Virus record (IMG/VR): IMGVR_UViG_3300045107_000159
Coordinates: 1 to 64,000 of that record
Reading direction: 5' to 3' (one strand)
DNA: 64,000 bases
Origin: a virus
Shown piece by piece: positions 9,229-19,338 of the stretch. The position numbers were made by a program, and so were the translations under genes. The notes beneath the pieces are model-generated. The model searched no databases, was not told where the DNA came from, and saw only the letters and a program-made list of their open reading frames with translations. How positions within the stretch are numbered: position 1 is the stretch's first letter; every line of letters begins with the position of its first letter.

Positions 9229-10011
9229 ATGGCGAGGTCAACGACCAACAAAACGACTGAAACCACCGCATCCCCGGCCGCCCCGCAGAATCCGGAGCAG
9301 GCCGAAGCCAACAACCAGCCCGGCCCGCTGAAAGAGCTCGAATCATTCCTGATCGCCTGCGGCCGTTCTCTCGCGCAAGGCACAGTTGCCTCCGCGATTT
9401 CCTACATCTCGCAGTTGATCGGCGAGCGCGACGACGCCTCGGATCTCGTCGCGAAGGTGCACGCGGCGGCTGTCGGCGAGTTCAGAGCGCCGAAGCGCGG
9501 CGTCGTCGAAGACGTCGAGGACGTACTCAAAGAGCTTCGGTACGAAGCGTCGGAGATGAAATCCAATTATGAGGGCGCTTGTAAAACTATCGCGCTGATG
9601 CATGCGGCGGCTGTAGGCGAGGTTACGGGACCGAAGCGCGGCGTCGTCGAGGACGTCCATGACGTCGTCAGCAACTACCGCGCGCAGCTAGCTCTTGCCC
9701 ATGAACAGATCGCCGCGTCGAAGGTCGACCCGCCGTCTTTCGTTCTGGGCCCCGACGAACCGCCCAACGAGGAGTATTTGCTCGACACACCCGCGACTCC
9801 GGTGGGCGGCTCGGCCACCGGTATCAGCACGGTTGAAATCGCGTACGATCGTTTCCGCTCCCGCCAGCCCGAAGGCGAGTACCCGGACTGGCCGGACCTG
9901 GACGGCCGCACGCAGGAGCTATACCGCGAAGCCTGGCAACACGTCGCCGAAGGCGGAGAGCCGCGCACCAACTACGAGCGCGCCGTGGCATCCGTACTCG
10001 CGCTCCCGTAG
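9229..10011 (+). CDS. hypothetical head-module protein with 47-aa internal duplication
   Basis: GAGGAG RBS. HAAAVGE..PKRGVVEDV..DV is repeated with a 141-nt period (9460-9666). Confidence 0.6.
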   Translation: MARSTTNKTTETTASPAAPQNPEQAEANNQPGPLKELESFLIACGRSLAQGTVASAISYISQLIGERDDASDLVAKVHAAAVGEFRAPKRGVVEDVEDVLKELRYEASEMKSNYEGACKTIALMHAAAVGEVTGPKRGVVEDVHDVVSNYRAQLALAHEQIAASKVDPPSFVLGPDEPPNEEYLLDTPATPVGGSATGISTVEIAYDRFRSRQPEGEYPDWPDLDGRTQELYREAWQHVAEGGEPRTNYERAVASVLALP

Positions 10012-10081
10012 CGCGCCGGTCGTTTCCGCCTCACGCCAGACGCCTTCCTAAAACTTTCCACGACAACCAAGGAGAATCGCA

Positions 10082-11395
10082 ATGGATGACACGACTTCAT
10101 TGGCGGACGCCCTATCCGCGCCCGCCCCCGCTCCAGCCGCCGCCCCCGACCCGCAACCCACGACCGCAAACACCGCAACACCCGCTCCTCAGCCAAACGG
10201 GGCGGCCCCGGCCCCTGCCCGCGACGTGAACCCTTACGTCCCGCAGGGCCAGCCTTCGCAAAATTTGCAACAGGGCGACCAGGGCAAACAGGGCGACCAG
10301 GTCAAGCAGGCGGTAAACGGACAGCCGGCGCAGCAGCAACAGGACCAACAGGCGCAGCGGCCGGACGTCCCGCAGGAGTACGCGGAGGCGTACCAGTGGC
10401 GCAATCAAATCGGCGAGGAGGCGAAGGCGTTCGGCGGGCTGCAAAACGTGCCGCAGGCGCTGAAGTGGAGCCGCATGCTTTTCGGCTTGGACCAGACGCC
10501 GGAGGGCATGACGCCGGCCGGCCACTTCTTGCAAAACCTGTTCGATTCCGACCGCGAAGTTTATGACGGTTTGTTGACTGACATCGCCACGACCCACGCG
10601 AAGCAACTTACTCCGCTTCTCGAAGAGAAGATCCTCGCGGCGAACGGGATCCCGAAAGAGCGCCTGGGCGAGGTCCGCGACTTTTTGAAGTACGGCCGCG
10701 TGAACGTCACGGAGTCGGCGCACCGCGATTTTGTCGGCCAGATCGCGCAAGACTGCCAGCAGATTTTCCCGAAGCTTTCCGAGTCGACGCGGAACTGGAT
10801 CGTCGACCAGGTCGACCGCGGGCTGATGACGTGGGAGTTCGCCGAGGAGCAGATCCGCGAAAAGGGCGTCCTCGTGGCGTTACAGGAGCGCGAACAGCAA
10901 CAAAAGCTCGACGTCGAGCAGCGCAAGACGGCCGAAGCCGAAATGCGGGCGCAGGGCGTCATTAACGAGTCCGTGCAGCGATACGAAGACGCCTTTGTGA
11001 ACGCGAAGGCGGCGCAGCTCGGCGTCGAGGCCGAGACCGTCCGCGACTGGGTCGCCCGGGCGGCGTCGGAGCTAGACCTGGCGGCGCAGCAGAACCCCAA
11101 ACACCCGGCCAGGCTCGCCTGGGACGAGTTGAGGACGGCCGCCAAGTCGGCGAACCCTCTCAGAGTCAACGCCGCAATGAACAGCGTCCAGGCCGTCTTC
11201 GAGGAACACTTTAACGCCATGCTCGCGCGGCGCAATGGCAAGGCTCCGGCGCAGAACGGCCAGCAGCCGAACGGCCAGCCCCCTTCGCTCAGACAGCCGC
11301 AGCAGCAGCAACAATTTGAGCCTGACAAGCCCGGCGGTGAGAACCTCGATAACGTCTCGCTTCAAGACTACCTGTTCGGCCGGGCCGGTGTGTAA
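10082..11395 (+). CDS. scaffolding-like protein (Q/A/P-rich, coiled-coil)
   Basis: AAGGAG RBS. Low-complexity P/A/Q N-terminus, long helical E/Q/A-rich body and Q-rich C-terminus. Lies directly upstream of the capsid candidate. Confidence 0.5.
   Translation: MDDTTSLADALSAPAPAPAAAPDPQPTTANTATPAPQPNGAAPAPARDVNPYVPQGQPSQNLQQGDQGKQGDQVKQAVNGQPAQQQQDQQAQRPDVPQEYAEAYQWRNQIGEEAKAFGGLQNVPQALKWSRMLFGLDQTPEGMTPAGHFLQNLFDSDREVYDGLLTDIATTHAKQLTPLLEEKILAANGIPKERLGEVRDFLKYGRVNVTESAHRDFVGQIAQDCQQIFPKLSESTRNWIVDQVDRGLMTWEFAEEQIREKGVLVALQEREQQQKLDVEQRKTAEAEMRAQGVINESVQRYEDAFVNAKAAQLGVEAETVRDWVARAASELDLAAQQNPKHPARLAWDELRTAAKSANPLRVNAAMNSVQAVFEEHFNAMLARRNGKAPAQNGQQPNGQPPSLRQPQQQQQFEPDKPGGENLDNVSLQDYLFGRAGV
10258..10268 (+). 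repeat. dispersed dyad 11-mer GCAAAATTTGC, copy 2
   Basis: Exact match. Read as SQNLQQ using the A/T-ending codons CAA AAT TTG. Confidence 0.9.
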
Positions 11396-11417
11396 CGAGT
11401 TTCTTTTTCCTTATTTC

Positions 11418-11460
11418 CCGCCATTCCGGCGCAAAAGTCGGGGTGGCGGTTTTCTTTTTT
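11418..11460 (+). terminator. intrinsic terminator
   Basis: 13-bp stem, CCGCCATTCCGGC with GTCGGGGTGGCGG (3 G-U pairs), and a 6-nt loop, followed by TTTTCTTTTTT. Lies 23 nt after the scaffold-like stop. Confidence 0.7.
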
Positions 11461-11494
11461 CCGATCATTCACAACCGCATTCATAGGAGCTTTT

Positions 11495-12826
11495 ATGGGT
11501 CAACCATTTGAGAATTTCTGGGACACAGACGTTAAGTTCACCGTCTACATCAAAAATAAGATGGGGAACATCACCAACCTTAACGCGCCCTTCCGCTCCT
11601 GGGTACAGAGCAAGGCGCGCAAAGAAACCTTCGGCCCGGCCGGCATCGAGAAACGCCACATCCAGGGGCACTCGGTCAACATCCGGATGGGGCGTCCCTA
11701 CATGGACTATCCCAACCGGTCGCAGTTCCAGGCCGGCCTCTACAAGCAAGTTCCGACCACGGTCGCGCTGACTTACGCGATTGACCAGGCGACGATGGAC
11801 GCGTACCGCTCCGCCGGCGCCGGCCAGGTCAACAACGAAAAGGGCGCGCTGATGCGGATGGACGACGAGCTGCAGATCCTGGCCAAGGGCCTCGGACACC
11901 GGCTCGACTTCTATCTGGCCACGTCGGACGTCTCCGGGAAGATCGCCACGGTCACCGGCGCGCCGACGACCACAAACGTCCCACTGACTACGACCTGGAA
12001 CGGCACACCCGCGAATGGCGTCGGCGCCTCTCAGATTTATCCGGAGGTCGATTATGACGTCGTCCGCCCGTCGACTCGCGCCGTTATCACTTCCTTCAAC
12101 ATTCCGTACGCGCGCCGCGCGGAAATCAACAAGTCCACGAACACTTTGTCGCTGACGGTGGCGCTGTCGGCCGCCCCCGCGGTCGGCGACATCATCGTCC
12201 CGTCGCAGTCGGCCTATAACGCGCCGTACGGGTTCCCGAAACTGTTCGCCGGCGGCAAGTCGGGCCTCTGGCAAGGGAAGATCGTGACGGGCTCCGTCGA
12301 GGACCAGACGATGGTGGTCGACGCGCAGTCCATCGCGATCAACAACGCGCTGATCGAGCGCGGACTCGGCAAGCGCAAGATCCGCAACATGACGACCGAA
12401 GTCCAGCCTTTCGAGCTGATTACTTCGATCGCGCAGAACATCGAGTACAAGTCGAGCGGGTGGGCGATTTTCCAGCTCAACAACGGCGGCGGCGGCACGT
12501 TGAACACGTCGATCGAGAAGGCGCGTTATCTGCAGTCCGATCTGATGGAGTTCCCGAACATCGACGCGGATTCGCTCTTTGGCGTCGACCTTTCCGACCT
12601 GTACTGCCTGGAGCAGTTCGGGCCGGGGGTGATCTCGCCGGATGGACTGGTGTGGCGCCAAGCGCAGGCGACGGGCGGCGGTTCCTTCGGCCGAGGCGTC
12701 TGGTACACGATCTACGGGTACATTCTCAACTACATGATTGAGAACCCGCAGAATCACTTCCGCCTCCTGAACCTGTACGTCAACCCCAACTACCCGACGT
12801 TGGCGACGTATTCCACGACCACCTAA
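11495..12826 (+). CDS. major capsid protein candidate (443 aa)
   Basis: TAGGAG RBS. Position after the scaffold-like gene and size are typical of HK97-fold capsid proteins. Bracketed by two strong terminators, consistent with a highly expressed gene. No motif-level proof. Confidence 0.5.
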   Translation: MGQPFENFWDTDVKFTVYIKNKMGNITNLNAPFRSWVQSKARKETFGPAGIEKRHIQGHSVNIRMGRPYMDYPNRSQFQAGLYKQVPTTVALTYAIDQATMDAYRSAGAGQVNNEKGALMRMDDELQILAKGLGHRLDFYLATSDVSGKIATVTGAPTTTNVPLTTTWNGTPANGVGASQIYPEVDYDVVRPSTRAVITSFNIPYARRAEINKSTNTLSLTVALSAAPAVGDIIVPSQSAYNAPYGFPKLFAGGKSGLWQGKIVTGSVEDQTMVVDAQSIAINNALIERGLGKRKIRNMTTEVQPFELITSIAQNIEYKSSGWAIFQLNNGGGGTLNTSIEKARYLQSDLMEFPNIDADSLFGVDLSDLYCLEQFGPGVISPDGLVWRQAQATGGGSFGRGVWYTIYGYILNYMIENPQNHFRLLNLYVNPNYPTLATYSTTT

Positions 12827-12852
12827 GACTTACCTCTCCTTCTCCTTATGAC

Positions 12853-12880
12853 GGGGGGCGCCAGGCGCCCCCCGCTTTTT
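12853..12880 (+). terminator. intrinsic terminator
   Basis: Perfect 9-bp G/C stem, GGGGGGCGC with GCGCCCCCC, and a 3-nt loop, followed by GCTTTTTCATTTT. Confidence 0.8.
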
Positions 12881-12899
12881 CATTTTCGGAGGCTTTTTT

Positions 12900-13178
12900 A
12901 TGGCGGTTACTTTTTCCCGCATCGTCGGCCCATTTGGAAACGACGTGCATTTTAGCGACGGCATGGCGAAGGTCGGTTACAAGGTCGTCGGCGACGGCGT
13001 CGGCGGCGCGATCAACCTGCCGTTCCACAAACTCGCGTCTGTCATCTCGGTCCTGGCGGACCAGATATACAACCCCGTCATAGACAACGCGAATAAACAA
13101 GTCACGTTGACGATTCCCGCAGCTTTAGCGAACGGAACCTTCGTGGAAGTTTGGCTGCAAGGCAAAGGCGGGCACTGA
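12900..13178 (+). CDS. small structural-module protein, 92 aa
   Basis: GGAGG RBS. Beta-rich looking sequence. Position after the capsid gene suggests a decoration or head-completion role, but this is unproven. Confidence 0.5.
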   Translation: MAVTFSRIVGPFGNDVHFSDGMAKVGYKVVGDGVGGAINLPFHKLASVISVLADQIYNPVIDNANKQVTLTIPAALANGTFVEVWLQGKGGH

Positions 13179-13957
13179 TGGACTACGGGAAGCTCAACTC
13201 GCACACCTGGGATGACCACATCCCGGCGCCGATGGGGCCAGGCGAGGCCGCGGCCTTCCAGCAAAAGCTCGACGAGCTCGCCGGCGTCGAGCCCGACGGA
13301 TCGCCACGCCTTCGCCTGGCCTGGGCTCCCGACTGCGAAGAGTGGAACGTCTATCTCAAAAAGCCCGCCACGCCGCAGTGGGCGCTCTGGCGCATCATTC
13401 GCGACGGCGTCGAGCAGGCCTCGCCCGGGTCGATCCTTCTCCAGCCGAAATTCAAACTCGTCGCCGCGCCGCGTTACGTGCTTCTCGGCCGCGTGACGGA
13501 GGCGTCCAGGATGGGCGACACGCGCGACCGTACGTTCTCCGAAGCGGACGGGACGTCCGTCGAGGAGCGGGAACAACCGGTCGTGTGGCGTAAGGTCCTC
13601 TGGATCTGGAAGCACACCGAGCAGGACGTCCAGGGTACGCCGCTTTGCTGTATGAACCGCCTGATGGAGCACCGCACCCGATGCTTCGGTGAATTCCGCA
13701 AGCCCGACGAATACGACTTGCAGTTCGTCGCCCGCCTCTTCCAGCAGTGGAGCGCCCAATACCAGGCGGCCGCACATGAACGTCTTACCGAGAAGGATAA
13801 GGCGCGGATCATCTCTGAAACCGGCGATTTTTACGCCGGCCAGCAGGCCGACGTTGACGCCGAGTCCGCATACATCAGCCGGTCCGAGGACAACAACGAC
13901 TGGTACAAACGCCCGAACGACAGCGTGAAGGGCAAATTCTCATTACCGGAGGGATAA
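13178..13957 (+). CDS. hypothetical structural-module protein, 259 aa
   Basis: ATG at 13178 overlaps the previous TGA (TGATG). The tracked TTG start at 13151 is less likely. Confidence 0.55.
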   Translation: MDYGKLNSHTWDDHIPAPMGPGEAAAFQQKLDELAGVEPDGSPRLRLAWAPDCEEWNVYLKKPATPQWALWRIIRDGVEQASPGSILLQPKFKLVAAPRYVLLGRVTEASRMGDTRDRTFSEADGTSVEEREQPVVWRKVLWIWKHTEQDVQGTPLCCMNRLMEHRTRCFGEFRKPDEYDLQFVARLFQQWSAQYQAAAHERLTEKDKARIISETGDFYAGQQADVDAESAYISRSEDNNDWYKRPNDSVKGKFSLPEG

Positions 13958-14887
13958 ATGAACGACCGATTTACTAATGTCGCCACGGCGCGCGCCGCGG
14001 CTCTCGAAGAGAGGATTAGGCAGCAGGTAGACCAGGCCTCTATCCGATACATCTTCGCGCCGATCTTCGACATGGTTTGCGATCCGCTTTCCACCGTCAT
14101 CGTAAAGGGCTCCATCGTCCCGATTTCGGAGCAGGGCCAGCCCGTCGGCGAGGTCTATCTGCAAACGCTGATCGGCCAAAATGAAACGATAGACCCCGCA
14201 AAGTACGACCTGAAAGACGGCATCGGCGAGATTTCGATCAACCCGGCGCCGATCGTCGACGCGTTGCTCTCTCAGTACGGACCGCAAGGCGCGGTTCAAA
14301 TAAAGAGCCTCTTCAATATGGAGATCGGCAAATTCCTCGAAGGCCGCTTCAACGAGATCATCTTCGGTGGGGAAGAGTTCAACACGGCCAAGGCCTACCA
14401 CGAGCGTTTCGCCCTCGTCCGGGAGCAGGTCGGCCGTTCGAATCTTGGTCCCGTGATCGGGCGGGTAATTTCCGAGCTCGAGGCCAGCGTTAGCGCCGCG
14501 TTCGCCTGGGGTAAGGCGAAGGCGGAGTGGAGCAACCAGGCGCTCAAGTCTGGCGACCTGAAGAAGTTCTCGCCGTACGAGTACAAGCTTTTCGACTTTA
14601 CCGGCGTCACGCCGATTGACGAAGCGATGAACCAGGTCGCGGTCAACCAGGGCGCGCTGGCGCAGGCGCTCCCGCAGGTCGTCACGGATTTGAAAGAGGC
14701 CGTGATCGAGTCCCGGCCCGACTGGAAGGAGATCGGCAAGTCGATTTCGGAGGGCGTCAAGGAAGGCGTGAAGGAAGCGATCATCGCCGTGCAGACGCAG
14801 CCCGCCGCGGCGGCCGCCAAAGAAGACGCTAAGACGCCGGCGCAGGCCGGCAATAACCGCCCGAACAAGACACCCAATGCCTCTTGA
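13958..14887 (+). CDS. hypothetical structural-module protein, 309 aa
   Basis: ATG immediately follows the previous TAA. GC3-rich. Confidence 0.6.
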   Translation: MNDRFTNVATARAAALEERIRQQVDQASIRYIFAPIFDMVCDPLSTVIVKGSIVPISEQGQPVGEVYLQTLIGQNETIDPAKYDLKDGIGEISINPAPIVDALLSQYGPQGAVQIKSLFNMEIGKFLEGRFNEIIFGGEEFNTAKAYHERFALVREQVGRSNLGPVIGRVISELEASVSAAFAWGKAKAEWSNQALKSGDLKKFSPYEYKLFDFTGVTPIDEAMNQVAVNQGALAQALPQVVTDLKEAVIESRPDWKEIGKSISEGVKEGVKEAIIAVQTQPAAAAAKEDAKTPAQAGNNRPNKTPNAS

Positions 14888-15635
14888 ATTTGATTACGAC
14901 CGGTTGATCGGTGAAGTGCGCCTCGACTGCAACGAGCCCGAGGCGCACCTCCCGAACGACGATTTGATCATGCAGAAGGCGGGCGACGTCGCGCAGCTCC
15001 TCGTCAACGAGCTCGCGAACGCGCCCCCGGGCTGGTCGCAGCGGTATTACGACTTCGACGTTCAACCGGGGAAGGCGTTTTACCCGATGCCGATCGACAA
15101 GGCCTTCTCGAAGCCGGTCCGGATTCACACGATCAACCAGGGCAACCCTTACCACGTCACGCGCAAGATCGACATGTGCGACCGTCAGAACGTGGACGAG
15201 TTCTATCGCGGGCCCCGCCAGGCGCTCCAGATCGTCGGCCACCACACGGCGCGCGTGATGATCATCTCCTGGGATTTGTCGGAGCCGCAGATCGAGATCG
15301 TCCCGGAGCCTGTCGAAGTAGCGCGTTACCGGGTCTGGTACAACACGGGCGTCATCGACGAACCGCTTCAGGCTCAGAAATCGCCCGTTCCGCTGGAATA
15401 TTTCCGCTACTGGCGGGTTAAGACTTCGCTGCTCGTCTTGCGCTATTGCTCATGGAAGGGGCGCGACCAGGAATCCCGTGCGGCGGAGGTCAAGCTCCTC
15501 GAACCGGTGCTGATCGGCCAGGTCACCGAATTTAGGGCGGCCTGGAACGAGTACAAACTCACCAACCGCGTACTCGGCTCGCAGGAGTCGAACGCGTACG
15601 GGGCTTGGTACATCGACGGCGACCCATACCTCTAA
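14877..15635 (+). CDS. hypothetical structural-module protein, 252 aa
   Basis: Overlaps the previous ORF by 11 nt. GC3-rich. Confidence 0.6.
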   Translation: MPLEFDYDRLIGEVRLDCNEPEAHLPNDDLIMQKAGDVAQLLVNELANAPPGWSQRYYDFDVQPGKAFYPMPIDKAFSKPVRIHTINQGNPYHVTRKIDMCDRQNVDEFYRGPRQALQIVGHHTARVMIISWDLSEPQIEIVPEPVEVARYRVWYNTGVIDEPLQAQKSPVPLEYFRYWRVKTSLLVLRYCSWKGRDQESRAAEVKLLEPVLIGQVTEFRAAWNEYKLTNRVLGSQESNAYGAWYIDGDPYL

Positions 15636-16397
15636 ATGGCCACCAATCCTTACTACTACCAGGTCGAGCGCGGCGTTTTAGGCCACGTTAACGCGCTGCG
15701 GTCGGATCTCGTCGCGACCGGTGAAACGAACTACCGGGCGAATGCGATGACGCCGGACACCGTTATCAAGAACCCGATGTTTCCGCCGACTCTCGTCCGC
15801 GTCGAGATCGTCAACATGGAGCGCGTGATCGCGGACCTGATTTGCTCGACCGATGGCCACCCGCGCCGGGTCGATTTTCTGGTCGTCGTGTCGGTAGCCA
15901 ATGGCGCGCCGTTGCCATCCTCGGTCGGCGGGATCGGCGCCGTTTACAGGCAAACCGAAACCGAGCCGCTTTACTACCTCAATCGGCCGATTGACGTGGT
16001 GCAGGCGATGCGCGCCGAGGACGAGCAGATTTTGGTAACCGCCGCTCCCGTACGGGAGGACCGTATTTGGGGATGGGACGGCGCGACCTTCTTCGCCACC
16101 ACTGACGACGTGCTAAAGATGGAAACGTTCGACTACGACGTTCCCTACAACACGTTTGCGGAGCTCGACATCTTCTTCGACCCGACGCGGCCGACGCCGC
16201 CCGGGCCGAACAGGTCGAAGCTCGCGCCGGAGTTTCAAGAGGCATGGGAGGCCGGAGCCGCGGCCGTTCTGGCGGCCAAGGTCGGGACTTTCCCGCGCGA
16301 GGCGTCCGACTACTGGCAGAAGTTTACGACCTTGATGCAGATGCAGGGCGTGCAGGTCTCCATCGACCTGGACCACGCTTCGAGGGAGTCCAAATAA
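15636..16397 (+). CDS. hypothetical structural-module protein, 253 aa
   Basis: ATG directly abuts the previous TAA. Confidence 0.6.
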   Translation: MATNPYYYQVERGVLGHVNALRSDLVATGETNYRANAMTPDTVIKNPMFPPTLVRVEIVNMERVIADLICSTDGHPRRVDFLVVVSVANGAPLPSSVGGIGAVYRQTETEPLYYLNRPIDVVQAMRAEDEQILVTAAPVREDRIWGWDGATFFATTDDVLKMETFDYDVPYNTFAELDIFFDPTRPTPPGPNRSKLAPEFQEAWEAGAAAVLAAKVGTFPREASDYWQKFTTLMQMQGVQVSIDLDHASRESK

Positions 16398-16991
16398 ATG
16401 CCGGGGATTACTTACGACCAGTTCCTTACGACTTCAACCCTCGCGCTCCAGCGCGGCGCAGGGGCGGCCGCCTCGGGCGTGCAGCGCGATTGGGTGAAAC
16501 AGTTCTTGCCTTCCACCCTCAACAAGCTCGCGGAGCAGGTCGCCGAGGATCCCGCGCGCCGGCCGCTGCTGATTAAGCAGATCGACGTCGGCATAACGAG
16601 GAAGGACAACGGGATTTCCGAGGGCGAGATTGACATCGACGCCATGCGGCAGATTCTGTTTACCGCCCTCGTCCATTCGAGCTGTTTCGACCCCGCCTCA
16701 ATCGTCGAAGACGGCAACCAGCCGCTCGAATTGCTCTACAAGCAAGACTGGCATCGCGTGGTGAACTCGGCGCGATACCTGAACCCGGCTTACGCGTATT
16801 ACAGCTTGCGGGGCAGTACGCTCGTCGCCAGGCCTTCGGCCGCGATCACCGACTTCGGCCCGACGCTGAAGCTCTACGTGCCCGCCATTCCCGACTTCGA
16901 CACGGTCCCACTTCCTTACGAGCTCGTCGACGACTCGCAGGCCATCTTGTGGTCGTTCGCGGGCCAATTCCTAACAGCAAAGGCGAAATAG
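16398..16991 (+). CDS. hypothetical structural-module protein, 197 aa
   Basis: ATG directly abuts the previous TAA. Confidence 0.6.
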   Translation: MPGITYDQFLTTSTLALQRGAGAAASGVQRDWVKQFLPSTLNKLAEQVAEDPARRPLLIKQIDVGITRKDNGISEGEIDIDAMRQILFTALVHSSCFDPASIVEDGNQPLELLYKQDWHRVVNSARYLNPAYAYYSLRGSTLVARPSAAITDFGPTLKLYVPAIPDFDTVPLPYELVDDSQAILWSFAGQFLTAKAK

Positions 16992-17315
16992 ATGGTTGCC
17001 GTTATTTTGTTTCTGAGGCTCGCCGTCGGGCATTTCCTCTGCGACTACCCGTTACAGGGAGATTTCCTGGCGCAGGCCAAAAACCACAAGCGGCCGATTC
17101 CGAACGTGCCCTTTTACCAGGCGCTCCTCGCGCACGCTGCGATCCAGGGCGGCGCGGTCTGGTTCCTGACGGGGTCAATCGCCTTCGGCGCGGTCGAATT
17201 TGTTTTGCACGCCGTTATCGATTACCTGAAAAACGAGGGCACGATCAACTACAACCAAGATCAAGCTCTCCATTTGGCGTGTAAAGCGATTTACTCAATC
17301 ACCTTCCTGGGATAA
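16992..17315 (+). CDS. small polytopic membrane protein, DUF3307-like (tentative)
   Basis: N-terminal LAVGHFLCDYPLQ resembles the H-x-L-x-D-[FY]-x-LQ signature I associate with DUF3307. Has 3 hydrophobic segments. Embedded in the tail-gene run. Confidence 0.4.
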   Translation: MVAVILFLRLAVGHFLCDYPLQGDFLAQAKNHKRPIPNVPFYQALLAHAAIQGGAVWFLTGSIAFGAVEFVLHAVIDYLKNEGTINYNQDQALHLACKAIYSITFLG

Positions 17316-17317
17316 CG

Positions 17318-19300
17318 ATGGGAATCACTTACACAGGCCAGGCCGGGTACATCTCCGCGCAGCCGAAAGTCGGTACCGGCATTGTCGACTCCGTCTTCGC
17401 CGGCGAGAACGCGATTCACGAGCCGAACGGCTGGCGCGCCTTCAACGGTTGGGGCGCGGCGGATTCCGCGCGCGCGCTCCCGACGATGGCTTACACCGCG
17501 ACTCTCACCGTCGGCGTCAACGTGGTCGTCCTTTCCGGAGGAGCCACGGCGAAGACCGATTTCCGCTTCGCGCAGCACATCTTGTTAGGGCGAAAGCTTT
17601 TCGTAATCGAGAAGATCATCGCGGATGACCGCCTGCAGGTTTCGCCGGCTCCGGACGCGAACTCCGTCGGCGTGGCGATCAAGAAAGTTCCCGCGCTCTC
17701 CGCGCTCAATCTCGACCGCGCGACCCTCCTCGCCGGAAACGCCGTCAGATTCCGCGAGCAGGCCATATTCGCTATTGGCGACGGGGATCTATACGTCAAC
17801 GGCGCCGCGATCTCCGCCACGCTCACCGCGTCCGAGGCGCTGAAGGTCGCCTATCCGATCCCCGCCGGCGGGTTCGATTCACGCCTGGCCGGCTTCACCA
17901 CGCCGCCGGCGCCGACCGTCGTCGAAGGCACGGCCGGGACGAAGAATCTTCCGACCGGCGCGTATTGGGTGGCCGTCTCGCGCAAGCGGAAGGGATTCTC
18001 GGGGCAGGGCAACCCGTCTGACCGTAGCCTGGTGACCATCACCGTCGCCGGCAACCGCATCAAGGTTTCGCTCGGCGCGTTCGACGCCACGCAGGGCCAG
18101 ACGGCATGGAACGTCTACGTCTCGCGCATCTCGGAGCGCGCGACCGAGCGGCCGGGCTTGTGGCTGTTCCAGGAATACGACGTCCAGTCCACTGACGTCG
18201 AGTTCGACTTCTTCGACGACGACCTGGTCGAACGCGCCGAGTATGACAACGACCCGCCGCCGAAGGCGCTTTTCGTCTTTACTCTCGGCAATCACCTGGC
18301 CATCGCGAGCTGCGGAGGCCCTCCGGACGGCACGGGCGCGAACACCACGCCAGGCGCGGAGGTCGCCGCGTCGAAGTACAACAACCCGGAGGCTTTCAGC
18401 CCCTTCGCGCACACTCCGACCGAGGGCGGCGAGGTTATCGCCGGCGTCGCGCTCGGCGAGTTGGTCGCCTACCTGATGACGCCGAATTCGCTCCAGGTGG
18501 TCTCTTTGACCGGTAACTCGATCAACCCTTTCGCCATCCGTAAACAGTGGGGCGCCGGCTTCGCGCATCAGTATTGCGGCGTCGTCCACAACGACCTTTT
18601 TTACGGGCTCACGAAGCGCGGCCTCTTCCGCACGATCGGGAAGGACGCCGACCAGGCCACGGACGATTTCGCGCGGGCCGTTCGGCCGGAACTGCAGGCC
18701 ATCGCGCCCGGGCGCAGTTTCATCGGCTCCGACATCGGAAAGAAGCAGGTGGTTGTGTTCTGGTCGAACGCTCGGCAGGGGGCGGGCGGCGGCTGGCAGA
18801 CGAAGGCCATGGTCTACAACACCGAGCAAGGCGCGTGGTCGGCCCCTGCCTGGCTCGGCGACGGGACAACGGATTTCATCGTCACGAGCTGCGCGACCAT
18901 CGGTAACGATCTGTACGTGACGACGGCGGACGGCGCCGTGTGGCGTTGGGACGACGAGGCGTCCGGACTGACGATCGCCGGGTTCCTCGGCTTCCCGTTC
19001 GTCGCCGGCGACAGCCGCTTCCTGAAGACAGTTCGCTCCTCCAAACTGACGGGCAACGCGAACGGCGAGCTCCGGATCTACACGCAGCTCGACCAGGTCG
19101 GCCTGGTGAACGGCGCCGCGGCGCCCGCGTTCGCGCTCCCCGGGGGCGGCACGGGCCAGTCCATCGAGCATCCCGAATGGGGTATGAATACGCTTTGTAA
19201 CTCCTTCGCGATGCGGCTCAGTTTCAGCTTGCCCGCGGGCGCGCCCGTCTTCGACGCGCTCGAAGTCGAATACCTCGAGCACGAAGGGTTTAGCCAATAA
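17318..19300 (+). CDS. large tail/baseplate-type structural protein candidate (660 aa)
   Basis: Size and position only. No tape-measure, tube or sheath signatures were recognised anywhere, so a short-tailed (podovirus-like) virion is possible. Confidence 0.4.
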   Translation: MGITYTGQAGYISAQPKVGTGIVDSVFAGENAIHEPNGWRAFNGWGAADSARALPTMAYTATLTVGVNVVVLSGGATAKTDFRFAQHILLGRKLFVIEKIIADDRLQVSPAPDANSVGVAIKKVPALSALNLDRATLLAGNAVRFREQAIFAIGDGDLYVNGAAISATLTASEALKVAYPIPAGGFDSRLAGFTTPPAPTVVEGTAGTKNLPTGAYWVAVSRKRKGFSGQGNPSDRSLVTITVAGNRIKVSLGAFDATQGQTAWNVYVSRISERATERPGLWLFQEYDVQSTDVEFDFFDDDLVERAEYDNDPPPKALFVFTLGNHLAIASCGGPPDGTGANTTPGAEVAASKYNNPEAFSPFAHTPTEGGEVIAGVALGELVAYLMTPNSLQVVSLTGNSINPFAIRKQWGAGFAHQYCGVVHNDLFYGLTKRGLFRTIGKDADQATDDFARAVRPELQAIAPGRSFIGSDIGKKQVVVFWSNARQGAGGGWQTKAMVYNTEQGAWSAPAWLGDGTTDFIVTSCATIGNDLYVTTADGAVWRWDDEASGLTIAGFLGFPFVAGDSRFLKTVRSSKLTGNANGELRIYTQLDQVGLVNGAAAPAFALPGGGTGQSIEHPEWGMNTLCNSFAMRLSFSLPAGAPVFDALEVEYLEHEGFSQ

Positions 19301-19338
19301 GGCTTAGGCGGAATTTGAAGTTTTTCTTTAAACTCAGT

